Source: the human T2T-CHM13v2.0 reference genome, Homo sapiens. From it: a DNA stretch of 64,000 nt. The position numbers were made by a program, and so were the translations under genes. Every line of letters begins with the position of its first letter. Position 1 is the first letter of the stretch. The notes below the pieces were generated by a model. The model worked only from the letters and a program-made list of their open reading frames with translations. It searched no databases and had not been told where the DNA came from. The stretch lies in the NCBI RefSeq assembly GCF_009914755.1, contig NC_060925.1; one strand, given 5' to 3'. This document shows, in pieces, positions 29,114-45,998 of the stretch.

Positions 29114-31927
29114 CTGTGTGTGTGTGGTGTGTGTTCTGTGTGTGGCATGTGTGTGGATTTTGTGTGTGGTTTGTGTGGTGTGTTTTGTGTGTTGCGTGTG
29201 TGTGTTGTGTGTGGGGGCGTGTGTGTGGTGTGTGTTTGGGGGCATGTGGTGTGTGTGTGGTTTGTGTGTGTGGTGTGTGGGGGGGCCATGTGTGTGTGGG
29301 GGTATGTGGTGTGTGTGGTTTGTGTGTGTGTGGTATGGTGTTTGTGTGTGTTGTGTGTATGGGGTGTGTGTGGTGTGTGTGTGGTGTGTATGGGTGTGTT
29401 TGTAGTGTGCGTGGTGTGTGTCATATGTGTGATGTGTGTGTGTGGTGCGTGTAATGTGTGTGGTATGTGTGTGGCGTGTGTGGTATGTGTGGTTTGTGTG
29501 TGTGTGACGTGTTTGGTGTGTGGTTTGGGTGTGTGTGGGTGTGTGTGGTTTGTGTGGTGTGGGGGGGCATGTGTGTGTGGTGTGTTTGGTGTGTGTATGG
29601 GGTGTGTGTGGTGTGTATGTGGTGTGTGTGTGGTGTGTGTGGTGAGTGTGTATTTGTGTTGTGTGTGGGGCCATGTGTGGTGTGTGTTTGGGGCATGTGG
29701 TGTGTGTGGTTTGTGTGTGTGGTGTGTGTGGGGGCATGTGGTGTGCATGTGGGGTCATGTGGTGTGTGTGTGGTTTGTGTGTGTGTGGTATGGTGTGTGT
29801 GTGCTGTGTGTGTTGTGTGTGGTGTGTGTAAGGGTGTGTTTGTGGTGTGTGTGGTTTGTGTGTCGGTGTGTGTGGTGTGTTTGGTGTGTGTTTGGTGTGT
29901 GTGGTGTGTAGGGGGCATGTGTGTTGTGTGTGTGATGTGTAGGGGGTGTGTGTGGTGCGTTTGGTGTGTGTGTGGTGCGTGTAGTGTGTGTGGTGTGTGT
30001 GTGGGGTTTGTGGTGTGTGTGGTTTGTGTGTGGGTGTATGTGGTTTGTGTGTGTGTGGTGTGTTTGGTGTGTGTGGTGTGTAGGGGGCATGTGTGTTGTG
30101 TGTGTGATGTGTAGGGGGTGTGTGTGGTGTGTATGGTGTGTTTGGTGTGTGGTTTGTGTGTGTGTGGTTTGTGTGGTTTGTGTGGTGTGTGTGCTGTGTG
30201 TGTGTGTCTGGTTTTGGGGTGTGTGTGTTGTGTGTGATGTGTATGTGTGTGGTGTGTGTGTTGTGTTTGTGATGTGTGTCATATGTGTGGTGTGTGTGGT
30301 GCGTGTAATGTCTGTGGTGTGTATATGTGTGGTGTGTGGGGGGTGTGTGGTGTGTGTGTGTAGTGTGTGTGTGATGTGTGATGTGTGGTGTGTGTCTGGT
30401 GTGTATGGTGTGTGTGAGGTGTGTGTGGTGTGTGTGTGTGGTGTTTGTGTGTGGTATGTATGGTGTGTGTGATGTGTGGTGTGTGTGTGTGTGGTGTGTG
30501 TGTGGTATGTGGTGTGCATGGTGTGTGTGGGGTGTGTATGGTGTGTGTGATGTGTATGGTATGTGGTGTGTGTGGTGTGTGTGTGGTGTGTGGTGTGTAT
30601 GGTGTGTGTGTGGTTTGTGTGAGGTGTGTGTGGGGTGTGTGTGTGTGGTGTTTGTGTGTGGTGTGTATGGTGTGTGTATGGTTTGTGTGAGGTGTGTGTG
30701 GGGTGTGTGTGTGTGGTGTTTGTGTGTGGTGTGTGGGATGTGTGGTGTGTGGGGTGTGTGTGTGTGTGGTGTTTGTGTGTGGTGTGTATGTTGTGTGTGA
30801 TGTGTGGTGTGTGCGGGGTGTGTGTGTGTGGTGTTTGTGTGTGGTGTGTATGGTGTGTGTGATGTGGTGTGTGTGGGGTGTGTGTGTGGTGTTTGTGTGG
30901 TATGTGGTGTGCATGGTGTGTGTGGGGTGTGTGTGGTGTTTGTGGTGTGTATGATGTGTGTGATGTGTGGTATGTGGTGTGTGTGGTGTGTCTGGTGTGT
31001 GTGTGGTGTGTGGTGTGTATGGTGTGTGTGTGGTTTGTGTGAGGTGTGTGTGGGGTGTGTGTGTGTGTGGTGTTTGTGTGTGGTGTGTATGGTGTGTGTA
31101 TGGTTTGTGTGAGGTGTGTGTGGGGGGTGTGTGTGTGGTGTTTGTGTGTGGTGTGTGGGATGTGTGGTGTGTGGGGTGTGTGTGTGTGTGGTGTTTGTGG
31201 TGTGTATGGTGTGTGTGATGTGTGGTGTGTGTGGGGTGTGTGTGTGTGGTGTTTGTGTGTGGTGTGTATGGTGTGTGTGATGTGTGGTGTGTGCGGGGTG
31301 CGTGTGTGTGTGGTGTTTGTGTGTGGTGTGTATGGTGTGTGTGATGTGTGGTGTGTGCGGGGTGTGTGTGTGTGTGGTGTTTGTGTGTGGTGTTTGTGTG
31401 TGGTGTGTATGGTGTGTGTGATGTGGTGTGTGTGGGTTGTGTGTGTGGTGTTTGTGTGTGGTATGTATGGTGTGTGTGATGTGTGGTGTGTGGTGTGTGT
31501 GTGGTGTGTGTGTCGTATGTGGTGTGCATGGTGTGTGTGTGGTGTGTGCGGTGTGTATGGTGTGTGTGATGTGTGGTATGTGGTGTGTGTGGTGTGTGGT
31601 GTGTATGGTGTGTGTGTGGTTTGTGTGAGGTGTGTGTGGGGTGTGTGTGTGTGGTGTTTGTGTGTGGTGTGTATGGTGTGTGTATGGTTTGTGTGAGGTG
31701 TGTGTGGGGTGTGTGTGTGTGGTGTTTGTGTGTGGTGTGTGGGATGTGTGGTGTGTGGGGGGTGTGTGTGTGGTGTTTGTGTGTGGTGTGTATGGTGTGT
31801 GTGTGGTTTGTGTGAGGTGTGTGTGGGGTGTGTGTGTGTGGTGTTTGTGTGTGGTGTGTGTGGGGTGTGTGTGTGTGTGGTGTGTGTGTGGTGTGTGTGT
31901 GTGGTGTGTATGGTGTGTGTGATGTGT

Positions 31928-31968
<41 letters not shown>
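29078..31968. repeat. ~2.9 kb complex GT-rich (CA-rich on the KCNN3 strand) tandem array
   Basis: Almost only G and T; pure (GT)n at both ends; recurrent internal units. Confidence 0.98.
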
Positions 31969-31971
<3 letters not shown>

Positions 31972-32194
31972 ATGTGAAAGCTCTTAGAGGTTCTTACTCT
32001 AGTTTTTACCTTCCATAGCAGCCTGCCCAATTCCTGGCATGTGGCTGGTGCAGTCAGTGAGTGATCAGACCCAGTTCACCACTCCACTTGTTGAGTGGAA
32101 CAGAATGGATTTCTTCTGTGCTACTGACAGAGTTGTAGGAGTCCCGCCACTCCCAGTCTGGTCATCTGATGGCTGAACCGCTCTGGCATACTCA

Positions 32195-32323
<129 letters not shown>

Positions 32324-32474
32324 CTAAGGAAGAATAAATAAAGTAGGCTGCTATCAGGTTCATTTTCTTAGGTTCATTTTTGTGGTTGCTACTGTAGTCT
32401 ACCTCATAAGGAAACGATTTTGCAATGATCTATTTTCTTAACCAAAATCACGGAACTCCTAGAAAAGATGATTA

Positions 32475-32782
<308 letters not shown>

Positions 32783-32849
32783 GGTGATTAAAATTCATCT
32801 GTTCTTAATCTTGTGTTGGACACTGCAGACCAGAGCTTGAAGTTGGAGG

Positions 32850-32955
32850 GTCTTTCTTTCTTTCTTTCTCTTTCTTTCTTCCTTTCTTTCTTTCTTTTTC
32901 TTTCTTTCTCTCTTTCTTTCTCCTTCCTTCCTTCCTTCTTTCTTTCTTCCTTCTT
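32850..32955. repeat. (TTTC)n/(TTCC)n pyrimidine microsatellite
   Basis: Directly visible. Confidence 0.92.
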
Positions 32956-35900
32956 GATTATTTCAATACTATCTCTTGACTGCTGTTGCTGATGCTATAT
33001 TTAGACAGGCTGCATGAGCGAGACCTTGAGTCCCGGGGTCCCCTTGGAAAATAGCTAGCGATATACCATTGCTGCCCTTACATGCAGACTTCCGAGCTTT
33101 GCCTGAGATTGCCACTTCGTGTATACGGTACATTGCTTGGGTTCAGAGAGTAAACAGATTTCCTATCAGCTGGAGATTTTAAAAGACTTCTTTGAGAAAA
33201 TGTCTTTCCCACTGATTGGAACTATAGGTACCAACGAGCCCATTGTCTCCTTTCCCAAATGGCCAAAAACATTTGCACTGCAATTGTACATGTAAATGTA
33301 ATTGGCACAAAAAAGAAATAATTTCAGAGCAATGTCTGAAAATCAGTGAAGATATTTAGGTGTGAAACCAGAGCTTCCTCTTCCCCAGGGCTGGCTCCTT
33401 CACTGTGCACTGCAATCACACGTTTCAACATATGACGCTGTCATCCATTGACATGGAAACCACTGATATCACCAGGCTCATGACTGAGCTGAGACATATC
33501 AATGGCATCCAGATGGCAGGGGACAAAGTTTTAATCCAAACACAGACATCTTCAGCAATTAGTAACAAGAGCAACAGAAAACATTCCTTATTAAGCACAT
33601 GCTAAGCAGATTTTTGATTAACCATCCCCATTTCTGTCAGCCATGCAGACTGGCATGTGTCCACAGGCCTGGGGCCTGGAAATAAGTAGGCCAGCCTAAT
33701 AGAAATCAGGTTACTAGCCAGAAAGGATTTTAATAAAATTAGAGAATATAGACCTGCTTCTTCAGACTGACATCAACAGATGGGATGTTGTTAAAATACT
33801 GAGATGTGTGGGAAGCCTAGGAAACATTGTTTTGCAGGCTGATAACTTTTGTGTGTGTATGTTTTAAAAATTTATTACTAAGGCTGGATTATATTTTTCA
33901 TTGGCGCTGAAGTGATGTTTTTAAAAGAACAGCTAAGTCTTCTCAGAAATGTCTAAGGGACATAAATATTGCTTTTTAAAAATTCAGTAAAGATCTGCTG
34001 TGAAAATAGTTTTAAATGACTTAACTGCCCACCTCTAGTACTTTCTTGCCTGAAAGGAAGCAGGTTGTGGTGGAAAGTTGGAAACGGTGGATGTCCAGGA
34101 GAGGACACTGTGGTCTCTGGGCTTCTGCTCAGGGAACTAGAGTGAACAGCAGCCTCCTGGCAAAAAAGGCGGCACGGAAGGGAAGCCTTGCTCTCTGCAG
34201 AGCACACATTTAATACTACTGCCCTCCTCTTGCAGGGAGAGGAGGCAATTGGATGTGTCATTTCTTCAGTTTCCCTACGCACTTAGCCTCTTAGGAAAGC
34301 CTCAAGGAAACTGGAAAGTCTGCAGGTGAATCCCTGCTCTGTCAATTATTAAGCAGTTTAGGAGCAAATGCTTCATTATCTGTAAGATGGGAAAAATAAA
34401 GAGGGCTGCTATGAGGCAGTGATGATGGTGCTGGGGGCAACACTTAACATCTACCAGGTGCAGCCACAGGTCTGAGTACTTCATATGTCTAAGCTCCTTT
34501 AATCCTCACCACAACCCCATCAGGGAGGTGCTAACATTATCCACATTTTACAGATGAAGAAACCAAGACACAGACCAAGACTAGACAATTATTAATGGCA
34601 AACTGAGTCAGTGTGGGTGTGAATGCTACATAAAATGTAAAGTACCATACAGATATTAGTTAATATTATCTAGCTCAAACCCCTCATTGAACATACGAGG
34701 AAACCACTTCAGAGATGGGATGTGAGAGCCAGAATCACACAGCTAGCTAATGGCAAAGTCAAAACAAGAGCCACGTCCAGGAAGAGCAGAAGGTTTTCAT
34801 GTGGACTGAAGGAAAGACAAACAAAATCATTTCCTGTTTTCCAGGATCAAGGAACTGGAAAGAGCACTGGATTTTTTTTTTTTTAAATCATCATGGCCCT
34901 CACTTAGCAATGTGACAGAACACGGAGTCCAGGTCCTGCACTTAACGTCAGCCCAAATGTAAGATACTGAAGTCACAGCACGGCCCGGGTAGCTGAGAGA
35001 GGCAGTCACATCATCTTTATGAGTTTGGAGGGAGGCCTCCGTGCATTCGGGAAAGTGATGTTAACTGCCAGCCCTTGCACTGACTCTGAAATTAATTACC
35101 AGCAAACAGCCTGGCACAAAGCTAAGTAGATCAATATCTGCGAGAGAAAAAGAAATAGGCTTTTAACTGCACTGTGCTTTCCCAGGTGGACAGTAAATGC
35201 TATTGTGGCCAGGGTCTCCCTCCAGTTCACCTGGCTGATTGATCTAAGCATTGTTGGGGTCGGGAGCACATGAGGTCATGTGCCCTTCCTCAGATTTGCC
35301 GAGCCTCCAAAGGGCTCCATGCACCCTTCCTTGAGGGAGGCTTGGGTACCACCTGACCTCTCCTGGTGGGCAGAGGCACCAGGGCCAAAAGATGCTCTCA
35401 GGGTGCAGCAGTGCGAGAGGGCAGGGCTTAAGATGAAAGCAGCAAGCCAGAAAGAGTGGCTCAAGGTTGGCCACAATCGGATGGGTTTGGGGATGGTTAG
35501 GAGAGGACCCTTTGTGAATGGAAGTCCAGCTGTCCTGCCTCCAAAACCCATAAACAAATTGGCTGATTGTTTTCTGCAAGCCCAAAAACTCTCTACCAAA
35601 AAATTGCTTTCACTCTGATTGGGGCCAGACAATGGGCTCTATGATCTACTTTAGGAAAGGCTCTAAGATTAATGGGCCTGGGCAAGAAAGTGGTCCAATG
35701 AAGACCTTGCAAATTATGGTGACAGCTAACATATACTGAGTGCTTACTACGTGCCAGGCTTTGTGCTAAGCACATATGTCTGCACTGGTTCATTAACCCT
35801 CAGAAAAACTTGATAAATAGACGTGATCATCAGCTCCACCTTGGACCCACTGCTGAACTCTCTGAGACTCTCTTTGTTCATACATTTGAGGAACAATTAA

Positions 35901-36629
35901 TGAGCACCTATGATGGGCCAGACATTGTTGTAGCAAGTGACGGTACCACAGTGAACAAATCAATAACATTGCTGCGCTTACGGAACTTACAATCCTGCGG
36001 AGAAGACGGTATGCAGTTTGTATGATAGCATCAGGTAACAAGCGCTTAAAAAACCACAACAACAAAGCAGGGTCCAGGGCTAGAGAGTGATGCAAGTACT
36101 ACCTGCATCTGTGAAATGGGATTACTGTGTTGATTAAATGAGAATATACTTAAAACATTAGCACAGATCCTGGCCATATGCCTCAATACATGGTACCTTT
36201 GTTAATATTCTCTCCTTCCAATAAATGTCAGCTTCCTTCCCTCTAACTTCCCCAGCCAGCAAGAAAACATACAACAGAACACACACCTCTTCCTTGAGCT
36301 CTTGGCCGCAGCATCCCATGTCAATGACTTGCTCTGGCCACCTCTCTGCCCAGGTAACCTGCTACTTGCTATTACAGAGGGGCTGTCGGTTGCGGCAAGA
36401 ATGCTTGGGGCAGGAGTAGAAGGGGGATGAAAGGAGCACCTTTCTTGGGCACCCTAAGCCTCCAGCAGCCCCAGGAGCCCTGGGAAATTCCAGGGGTCCC
36501 ATTAGCAGAGCCCCCCAGAGAAGAAATCACTAGCATGCCCATTATGCTGCCAGGAACCCTTGCCAGGGAAGTATTCTACTTGGAGGTTGGAGACGGGGAA
36601 AGGGAGGCCTGGCCGGTGGGTGTGATTTA

Positions 36630-36904
36630 AATACACACATCTTGGACAATTTCTTCAGTGTGTGAACATCACAGAGTGTACTTAAACAAACCTAGATGGT
36701 ACAGCCTACTACACACCTAGGCTGTATGGTATAGCCTATCGCTCCTAGGCTACAAGCCTGTATGGCACATTCCTGTACTGTAGGCCACTGTAACACAAAT
36801 CACTAGGGGAGAGGAATTTTTCAGCTCTGTTATAGCCTTCTGAGACCACCTTGGTATATGTGCACCATCATTGACTGAAACTTGTTATGCAGTGCATGAC
36901 TGTA
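36630..36904. mobile_element. Tigger3/MER7-type DNA transposon fragment
   Basis: aacctagatggtacagcctactacacacctaggctgtatggtatagcct and terminus gttatgcagtgcatgactgta. Confidence 0.75.
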
Positions 36905-37959
36905 ACTTCAAGGAGTTACACAGGTTGAAATCAGGCTGAGTGATGATCAGATCACTATCGGAGAACCTGCAAGCCAGCCCTTGACTGAAGGTGTCCATTA
37001 CACACAGGACTAGAGAAGGGGGCTGGTTCCTCTTTCCCATTTGCCAAGCCCACTCTCCCCTCATCACCACCCTGCAGACTTGCTCTGGCTTCCCCGGCTG
37101 CCCTCTCTTTCATCACCCTGCTTGCACCTCCTCTTTTTCCTCCCCCTGTTCTATTCCACACTCCCTTTACAGGCTTCTCTGCCTGCCTCACCCAGAGGCC
37201 CTCACTGACCACTTAGAACTGGGAGCTCCACCTCTCTGGCTGGCAGGAAATTGGGTAGAGAGAGAGGAGGTGTATTTCCGTTGTTCAGAGTTGGAGCTTG
37301 AGGTTCTCCCTGTAGCAATATGGTAATGGGTGGTGGATAATTCTATAATGCTATTTATGTGATACTCAGTTAGGGTGGAGTTAAGCTGGCTTTTCTTTTC
37401 AGCAGGTCTGGGACCCTAACCCCATGCTGAGTTCCAAGGAACTGACCGCCCTAAAGCTGCCTGCCTGATGGTCTGAGAGCAAAGTGGATCTTGCATAGGC
37501 CGGGGGCCCACCCTCGCCCCTTTCTGGGCCTTCGTCTTCTCATGTGGGTTGGAGTGGCTCTTCCCTAAGGGTCCTTCCAGCTTAAACGCACATTGTTTCT
37601 GTGACTATTGCTAAAGAAAACCTGCACCCAATCTGTCTGGGACAGAACCTTGTGCGTGATGTAATTTATAATCCTCTTCTGGGGAGAATTAGCATTCCTG
37701 ATAACTGCCCTATTGATTATCTGATCAATTGTAAAGACTTGAAGACTTGTTCTGGAAATCCACTGTTGAGCCCAACCAGCTGTCCATTAGCAGTCTTTAG
37801 CTAAACCTTCTATAATCTGGCATAACAATGACTACCATTGTTTTTCCCACGAAATACCACTACTAAGAGTAATCTTTGAATTAGCCTGCTGAAGTTTCTT
37901 CTAGCAAGATTATGATCAAACTTTGGCATATGCTTGTAATTAAAGAAAAGTTTTCTTCA

Positions 37960-38400
37960 GTGTCATTCAGGAGATAGTAGGTGGGGAAACTACTTAAAGG
38001 TTTTTGAGCAGGAAGTAATATGTTCAGAGCTAAGCCTGAGAGTCTAAGGAGATCCATGGGGAAGCAGAGTGCAGGATGACTGGGGTAAGGGACGCCGAAG
38101 TGAGGAGAGCAGGTAGCAGGCTGCTGTGATAGTGCGAGACAGAAGATGGCGGCTTCAAGAGTGGCGGGGCCGAGGCCCTGGAGAGGCGGGCATGCGTGAA
38201 CAGCCACGGCAAGGTGAAATCAGACACAGAAAGTGCTCAGACCCTCGTGGGGTCCAGGGTCCAGAGGAGTCAGAAATGGGGCTAAGTCTTTAGGCCTGGC
38301 GTCTGGAAGAACACGATGTCAGGAGCACACCAGGGAAGTTAGAAGAAGGAAGTAGTTTAGGGAAGTTGTGGGTTTAGTTTTGGTCTTATTCATTGAATTC
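37960..38400 (-). mobile_element. L2 fragment
   Basis: Degenerate L2 motifs, e.g. aaaggtttttgagcaggaagtaatatgttcaga and tttagttttgg. Confidence 0.5.
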
Positions 38401-38524
38401 ATGGGGAAGTGTACTTGGGTGAGCTACTTGGGGCAAGAAACCCCTGCAGCAAGAAGGAGATAGGATCCTTAGCACACTGTGCTGTCTGAAGGTTCTGCTC
38501 ACTGTGGCTTGATGTGGAGAGTAG

Positions 38525-38945
<421 letters not shown>

Positions 38946-39697
38946 TGAGGGCAGTCAGCCACCAGAGGTTAGGGATGGAGGTGAGGACCACCTCTTACCC
39001 ATCTTGGTGCCCCCAGAGTACAGAGTGTGGCACCCAGGGAGTGGCCTCTGTGATGGATCTGTTTAGCTACATAAAACAGAAAGATGGGGACATGAAAACA
39101 CTAAGTGGCAGAAAAGATGGGGCTCTAGTATCTTTCTTCCAGTCCCTCTGTGAATCATGTACTTAAATATTATCTAGTAGCCCAGAGATTAGCAATAAGT
39201 TATAATTACAGAATAACAATGGCAGTGACACTGCGAAGTCAGTGTGGGAAGATCTGATTGAATTAAATACAGAAATGACGTTGCCACCAGAGTTGATAAG
39301 TCATACGAGGAAAGAAGATAAGCATGGGACTCAAGAAAAGCAGAAATTGAGTTCTTACCCAGTGCTATCAGACCCTCTTCCCTCCCTACAAACAAATAAA
39401 TAAAAATAGTGCTGGCTCTCATGGCAAAGGCTAGGCTGCAGTCTTTAGAGCAAGACAGGATGAATAAATACTAGAACAATTTGAGTATTTTCTATGATTA
39501 ATAGCTACAATTCCTTTTTTCGTTTTGCGTAGGTCTTTGAAGCATCAAGGTTGCATATACCGGTAAGAGACTGCTTTTATCTGTCAAATCTACTAATTGC
39601 CCACTCCGAAGAGGTTGCAATTATGCCACAGTCAACTCCTTCATGTTGGATCTTTCTCTGAGAATTCACTGAGATGTTATGAATAGACTGAGCTTAG

Positions 39698-40004
<307 letters not shown>

Positions 40005-40038
40005 AAGAGCTTCTAAGGATCATGTCTGAGAGTGAGTA

Positions 40039-40342
<304 letters not shown>

Positions 40343-42164
40343 GCTTAGCATCTTCTTGACCAATGAGCCACTCCAGCTTGATACAATGGACCATTTCAAG
40401 AGGACAGAAGGCAGGCCAGGCATCCCCAGGGGAAGAGAGGTGGGGTTCTCTTGTGAGCAGGTCAAAGTCAGCTCAAACCAGAGCAGGCCAAGGATGCACA
40501 CATCCAGTTTCATTTCAATTAAGGTTATGTAAAAGAACCTTCAGAAGTTCTAGTCCTGCCAGCTTTGAAAACCTTCTCTCTGTAAGAACCATCCCTTCTG
40601 TGTTGTTTATTTCCTTGAGAAAAGATATTAGATATTAAAGAGACATTTCAACAGATTTAAGTGTTCTCAGAAAAGTGAGATGTTATTCGATTAAAAAGCT
40701 ACCTTAGATTCATGGGTGAGCAATAAATATTTGTTGATTTGATTTTCAGTCCTACTTTTCAAGAAGTGGAATTGAGGAGGATGTTAGGGAATCATTTTTG
40801 AAAGATTAAAATTAGCAACCACAGTCTCATCTTCTACAATTATATTGCAGAAAAATTGTTTATTTTCCTGGCATACAAAGGAGCTGGCTTTCCTCAGCTT
40901 TATTTTCCTCTAGCGTCTGATCTACTTGGTGAAAAATGGAGAGGACAAAGGAATAACACCAAATACAAAGAATATTCTTGGCTTAAAAAAGAAAACCAGA
41001 ATAAACAGAGAGACTGCTAATGTCTCTACTCTTGGTAAACAGCTTATGAGAAGGCTTTGGAGGCAAAACATCTCCCTGCCCTCACTCCGGCACGTAGTTT
41101 CAATCCAGTGAAACCTCAGTAAATTGCTTCAGGAAAATAGATGCAAGTGGATTTGCATTTAGGTGTTTCAATAACTTGAATAATTTCCTCAATACTGAGC
41201 ATGACTTTTGCACCCATTATTAGAGGGGGCTGAAAGAGAGTGGCCAAGTGGCAGGGTTCCCGGCAGGCCTTACTGTGATAACAGCCTTCAATCACTGCCA
41301 TCGTGATGTGACAAATCATGGCTTTTTTTGGTGCAGCTGATAGCTCAGGGCCATGATGTATCAAGTACAAACACTTGAATGTCAACAACATAAGAATATT
41401 TGCCCGTACCAGTTCCTTTTAATGTCTGTTAAGGCTCTTTACAGAATCCAATAAATGTAATCAAAGACCAAACAATCAAACACCATAAATAATTCTGCTG
41501 AGAAACTGGAGAGGCCTTGGCCGCTGCACACTCTCCCACTGCCTTCCCCAAGAGCTCGCTCGCAGCTCCCTCTGTCATTCTCTCTCTCTCTCTTTTTGTT
41601 CTTCCTTCCTGCCGTTGTCTCTATTTCTAACACATTTTTGCTGCTGTGCAACATTAATCACTGAATATTTTCTCTAGCTTTCAAAAACCCAAATCAAAAT
41701 TTGGTTGCTCATGGGTCCCTTAACCTACTTCAGTCCTAAATGAAAAAGACTATGGAGGCCGAGACACGGGCACAGGGTTTTAATTCTGTCTCGTCTCAGA
41801 AAGAGGACAGTCTTGCAGGAAATCATCTTACTGACCTTCCTTCAGGCTGTAGTTCTAAAGAATTTTCCATAAAAGCTGTCCTTGAATAAACAGCTCCTGC
41901 CTTGCCCATTTGGCCTGCTGTTATTCTGGAAGGCTTGTATCTGTCTATTCTAAATGGGTCTTTTCATCTCAGACAATTCAGTGGGGTGTCCAACTTTCAG
42001 CAGCTAAATGGTCTACCCATTCCTGCATATTTTCAGATTTTCATCTTCCATAACCACTTCCATAATGGTTCAAGTGAGAAACATTACCCGGAAAACCCAA
42101 AAGGGAAAAATTGGATGATGATGTTTTGATGAACAATTTTATTTAGGGATGTGGGCTCTACTAG

Positions 42165-42465
<301 letters not shown>

Positions 42466-42857
42466 ATAGAATGATTCTTTAAATGATTTTTTTTAAAGGA
42501 TTAGACTTAGGTACATTTTCAATATACTTTTATAGTTTTAGGTATATTTTCAATATAGTTTTGCCCTTCCTAATGAGAATCCTGAAAATATTTGAGCATA
42601 AACAAAAAACATTGCCTCATACCGTGATTTATTTGGTATCATCAGGCAAAGGGGCAGGTTATACCATTGTAGGCTATTAATTAAATTACCAGGAAAATTA
42701 TTTGGCTGCCTGAACCATGCACAGTGATCGAACAGAAGACAGGAACCCGGCGTATGAAGGTGCTGTTTCCATTTTGTGTCTGGGGTTCCCTCAAACACAC
42801 CCTTTAAAAGCCTGGTGCAAACCCATACGACATGACCATTTGCTTCCTTCCTTCTTC

Positions 42858-43641
<784 letters not shown>

Positions 43642-45928
43642 TTAACCAACAAATAAGCACCTGGTCAGCTGCCAAGCTGTGCAGCGGAAGACAGAGGGGC
43701 CAGCACACACGGGCCCTCTCTCCCTCAGGCAGGTCTCCATCCCACTGCCAGCTCTAGACCAGCAGGCCTGGGAGGAAAGAAGGTAGGCCATCAGCTGGGG
43801 TGCAGATGGAACACCTGCCAGTGGCTGAGAGTGTTCCTGAAAATAATCGAATGAAGAGGCAATACCTTTCCCCAGGGCTTGTTTCACAGAGGGCACCCAG
43901 GTTGGCACGAACACGTGCACTCAGTGACTGTGCCTGCTCTACACTTGGGCTTTTTCACCTCAAGGTTTAGGCTATGACTCAGCACAAGGAATCGGTTCCT
44001 TCCTGCCTTCACCAGGAGGCTCATGAATTCACCGTCATGCAGAGATTTTAAAGACAACACCACTTCTGCTGGATCAAAACCGGGATTTTAAGTGAGCCCG
44101 CAGCAGACCCTTGGGATTTTCTGGAACAGCGATCCTAGTCTGCTCGGTAGGTCCGTGCCAGGGGAGCCCGGGGGAGGGTGGGCAAGGAAGCAGGCTCTGC
44201 TGAGCCCCCAGAATGGTGGGACTCACTTTCTCTCTCCTAATCCTCTGGGTGCATACTTGACTGTCTGGGAAATAAGCAGGGAATTCCCTGCACATTCCAA
44301 CATTCTCCCAATGCATTTTAAAATCCTCTTCGCTAGGCTTCTTGGTTGGCTTGTGAGCATAGGGGGAATTCAGAGACTCACTACTCCCCTGGCTCTTCGG
44401 CAGGCAGCGGGAGTCAGCTCCATCCTTCTGCAAGCGGACTCCCGTCAGAGACCATCGCCCTCTGCCTGCATGCTGTGCCCTGCGCCGCCCTGACCACCAC
44501 TCATGGAAAGAGATGATGAACTTATTAAAGCCAACAATCGAATCCTGTATGTCAAACAGTAATTCTAGTTGCCACAGAACCCAGTCTAGCAGTTGAGGTC
44601 CCAGAATGGAAGGAATCTGTCAGTAACATTTTTGGCTCATCAGGTCTTACAAAATGTGTGAGAAGCAGAAAAGAATGTTTTTCAAAGGTACTATAATCTA
44701 TAACCGACTTGGAAGGAATGCATATGGGTGGATCCATTCCCTACTCTCTCTTTTAGAAGCTATTTCTCTCTTTATCCCACAGGCTGACAAAGGCTAGCCT
44801 GTGTGAAGTTTCAATGTGGTTGAAGTTCACAATGCTTTCTCCTCGTTTCCCACAAGGGTCCCCATTAAAACAATCTAGTGTTTCTCAGTACATTTGTTGG
44901 CCTTGTCACAAAGTGAAAAGAACCAAGTCTGTGTGAACTTTCCTTTTCTGACCTCATTTTCCTCTTTTGTTCGAGGACGGCTGTGTTTTTTCAGCTTCTG
45001 TGACTTACAGGAGACTCTGTGCCCAATTTTCAAAGGATCTGGGCAGTTGCACAGCCTGGTCTGTAGCTGTAATCAATTTAGCCATGCCTCCAAAAGCAAA
45101 AAATAGCTTAAAAGAAGCCATCCTAGAGGGAAGATGTGTGCTCCCTTCCCCTCGACCGGACGGAGTATCATCCCTCTCCTTTATATGGAGTTCCAAAAGT
45201 ACTTTGGGCTGAAAGCCCAAAAAGAGGGCTATATCATAGCGTTAAAAATGGAACATCAGATGGAGAGGGTTCTCCCCAGGTTCCATTCTCCCTCCTCTCG
45301 CTAGGCCCAGGCAAAACTCTACTTAAATCATCCCTGAAAGCTGGGGTCCAATAGGCCTGAAGAGGGAGCTTCCCTGTTCCATGCTATTTTGGGAATGTAA
45401 TCACAACAATCAATCATCCACCATTCCAAATTTCCAGGGTCTAGATGGGGTGTTTCACAGCGCTTGCCATGGCCCACATTTTAGTTGGCTGATTGCAGGG
45501 GGGGCTTTTAATGAGAAGCTAGAGTGTTTTATCTAATGAACCACCTGTCTCACATGATGAAGATAAATTTCTCTCTGGAGGCAGGACAGTGGACTAGATG
45601 ACACTTCCCAGTTTCTTTCAACATAGAGATGTTATGACTCCCTTGTGAGTATTCCTCTAGAGGATGCTGCATTCTTAACCCTTAATTCCAACTTAAATGG
45701 ATGCTCTCAGCTTCATTTTTCCATTGACTGGATGTAATTAGGGCAGTCACCAGTAATGACACCTAACCTGGTCTTTTCCATTAAGAGGCAACCTAATAAA
45801 GATGGGGCCAGACATCAGCAGCCTTCAGAAAGTGGTGGAGGAATCCTGAAGCCTAGACTGCTGAGCCTCTGCAGACTGTGCGGGGTGCGGGGCGGGAAAA
45901 TGAAGAAGGGAGAGAAGACAATAGAACA

Positions 45929-45998
45929 GGAGGGGAGGGGAGGAGAGAGGAGAAAAGAGAAGAGAAGAGGAGAAAAGAGAAGAGAAGAGAAGAGAAGG
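45929..45998. repeat. Purine-only (AGAGA/AGGGG)n simple repeat
   Basis: Directly visible. Confidence 0.85.

Noticed and set aside
28930-32030. Long His/Thr/Pro and Val/Cys/Gly ORFs (up to 583 aa)
   Set aside because: Stop-poor by-products of the GT/CA array; low complexity with no coding signal.
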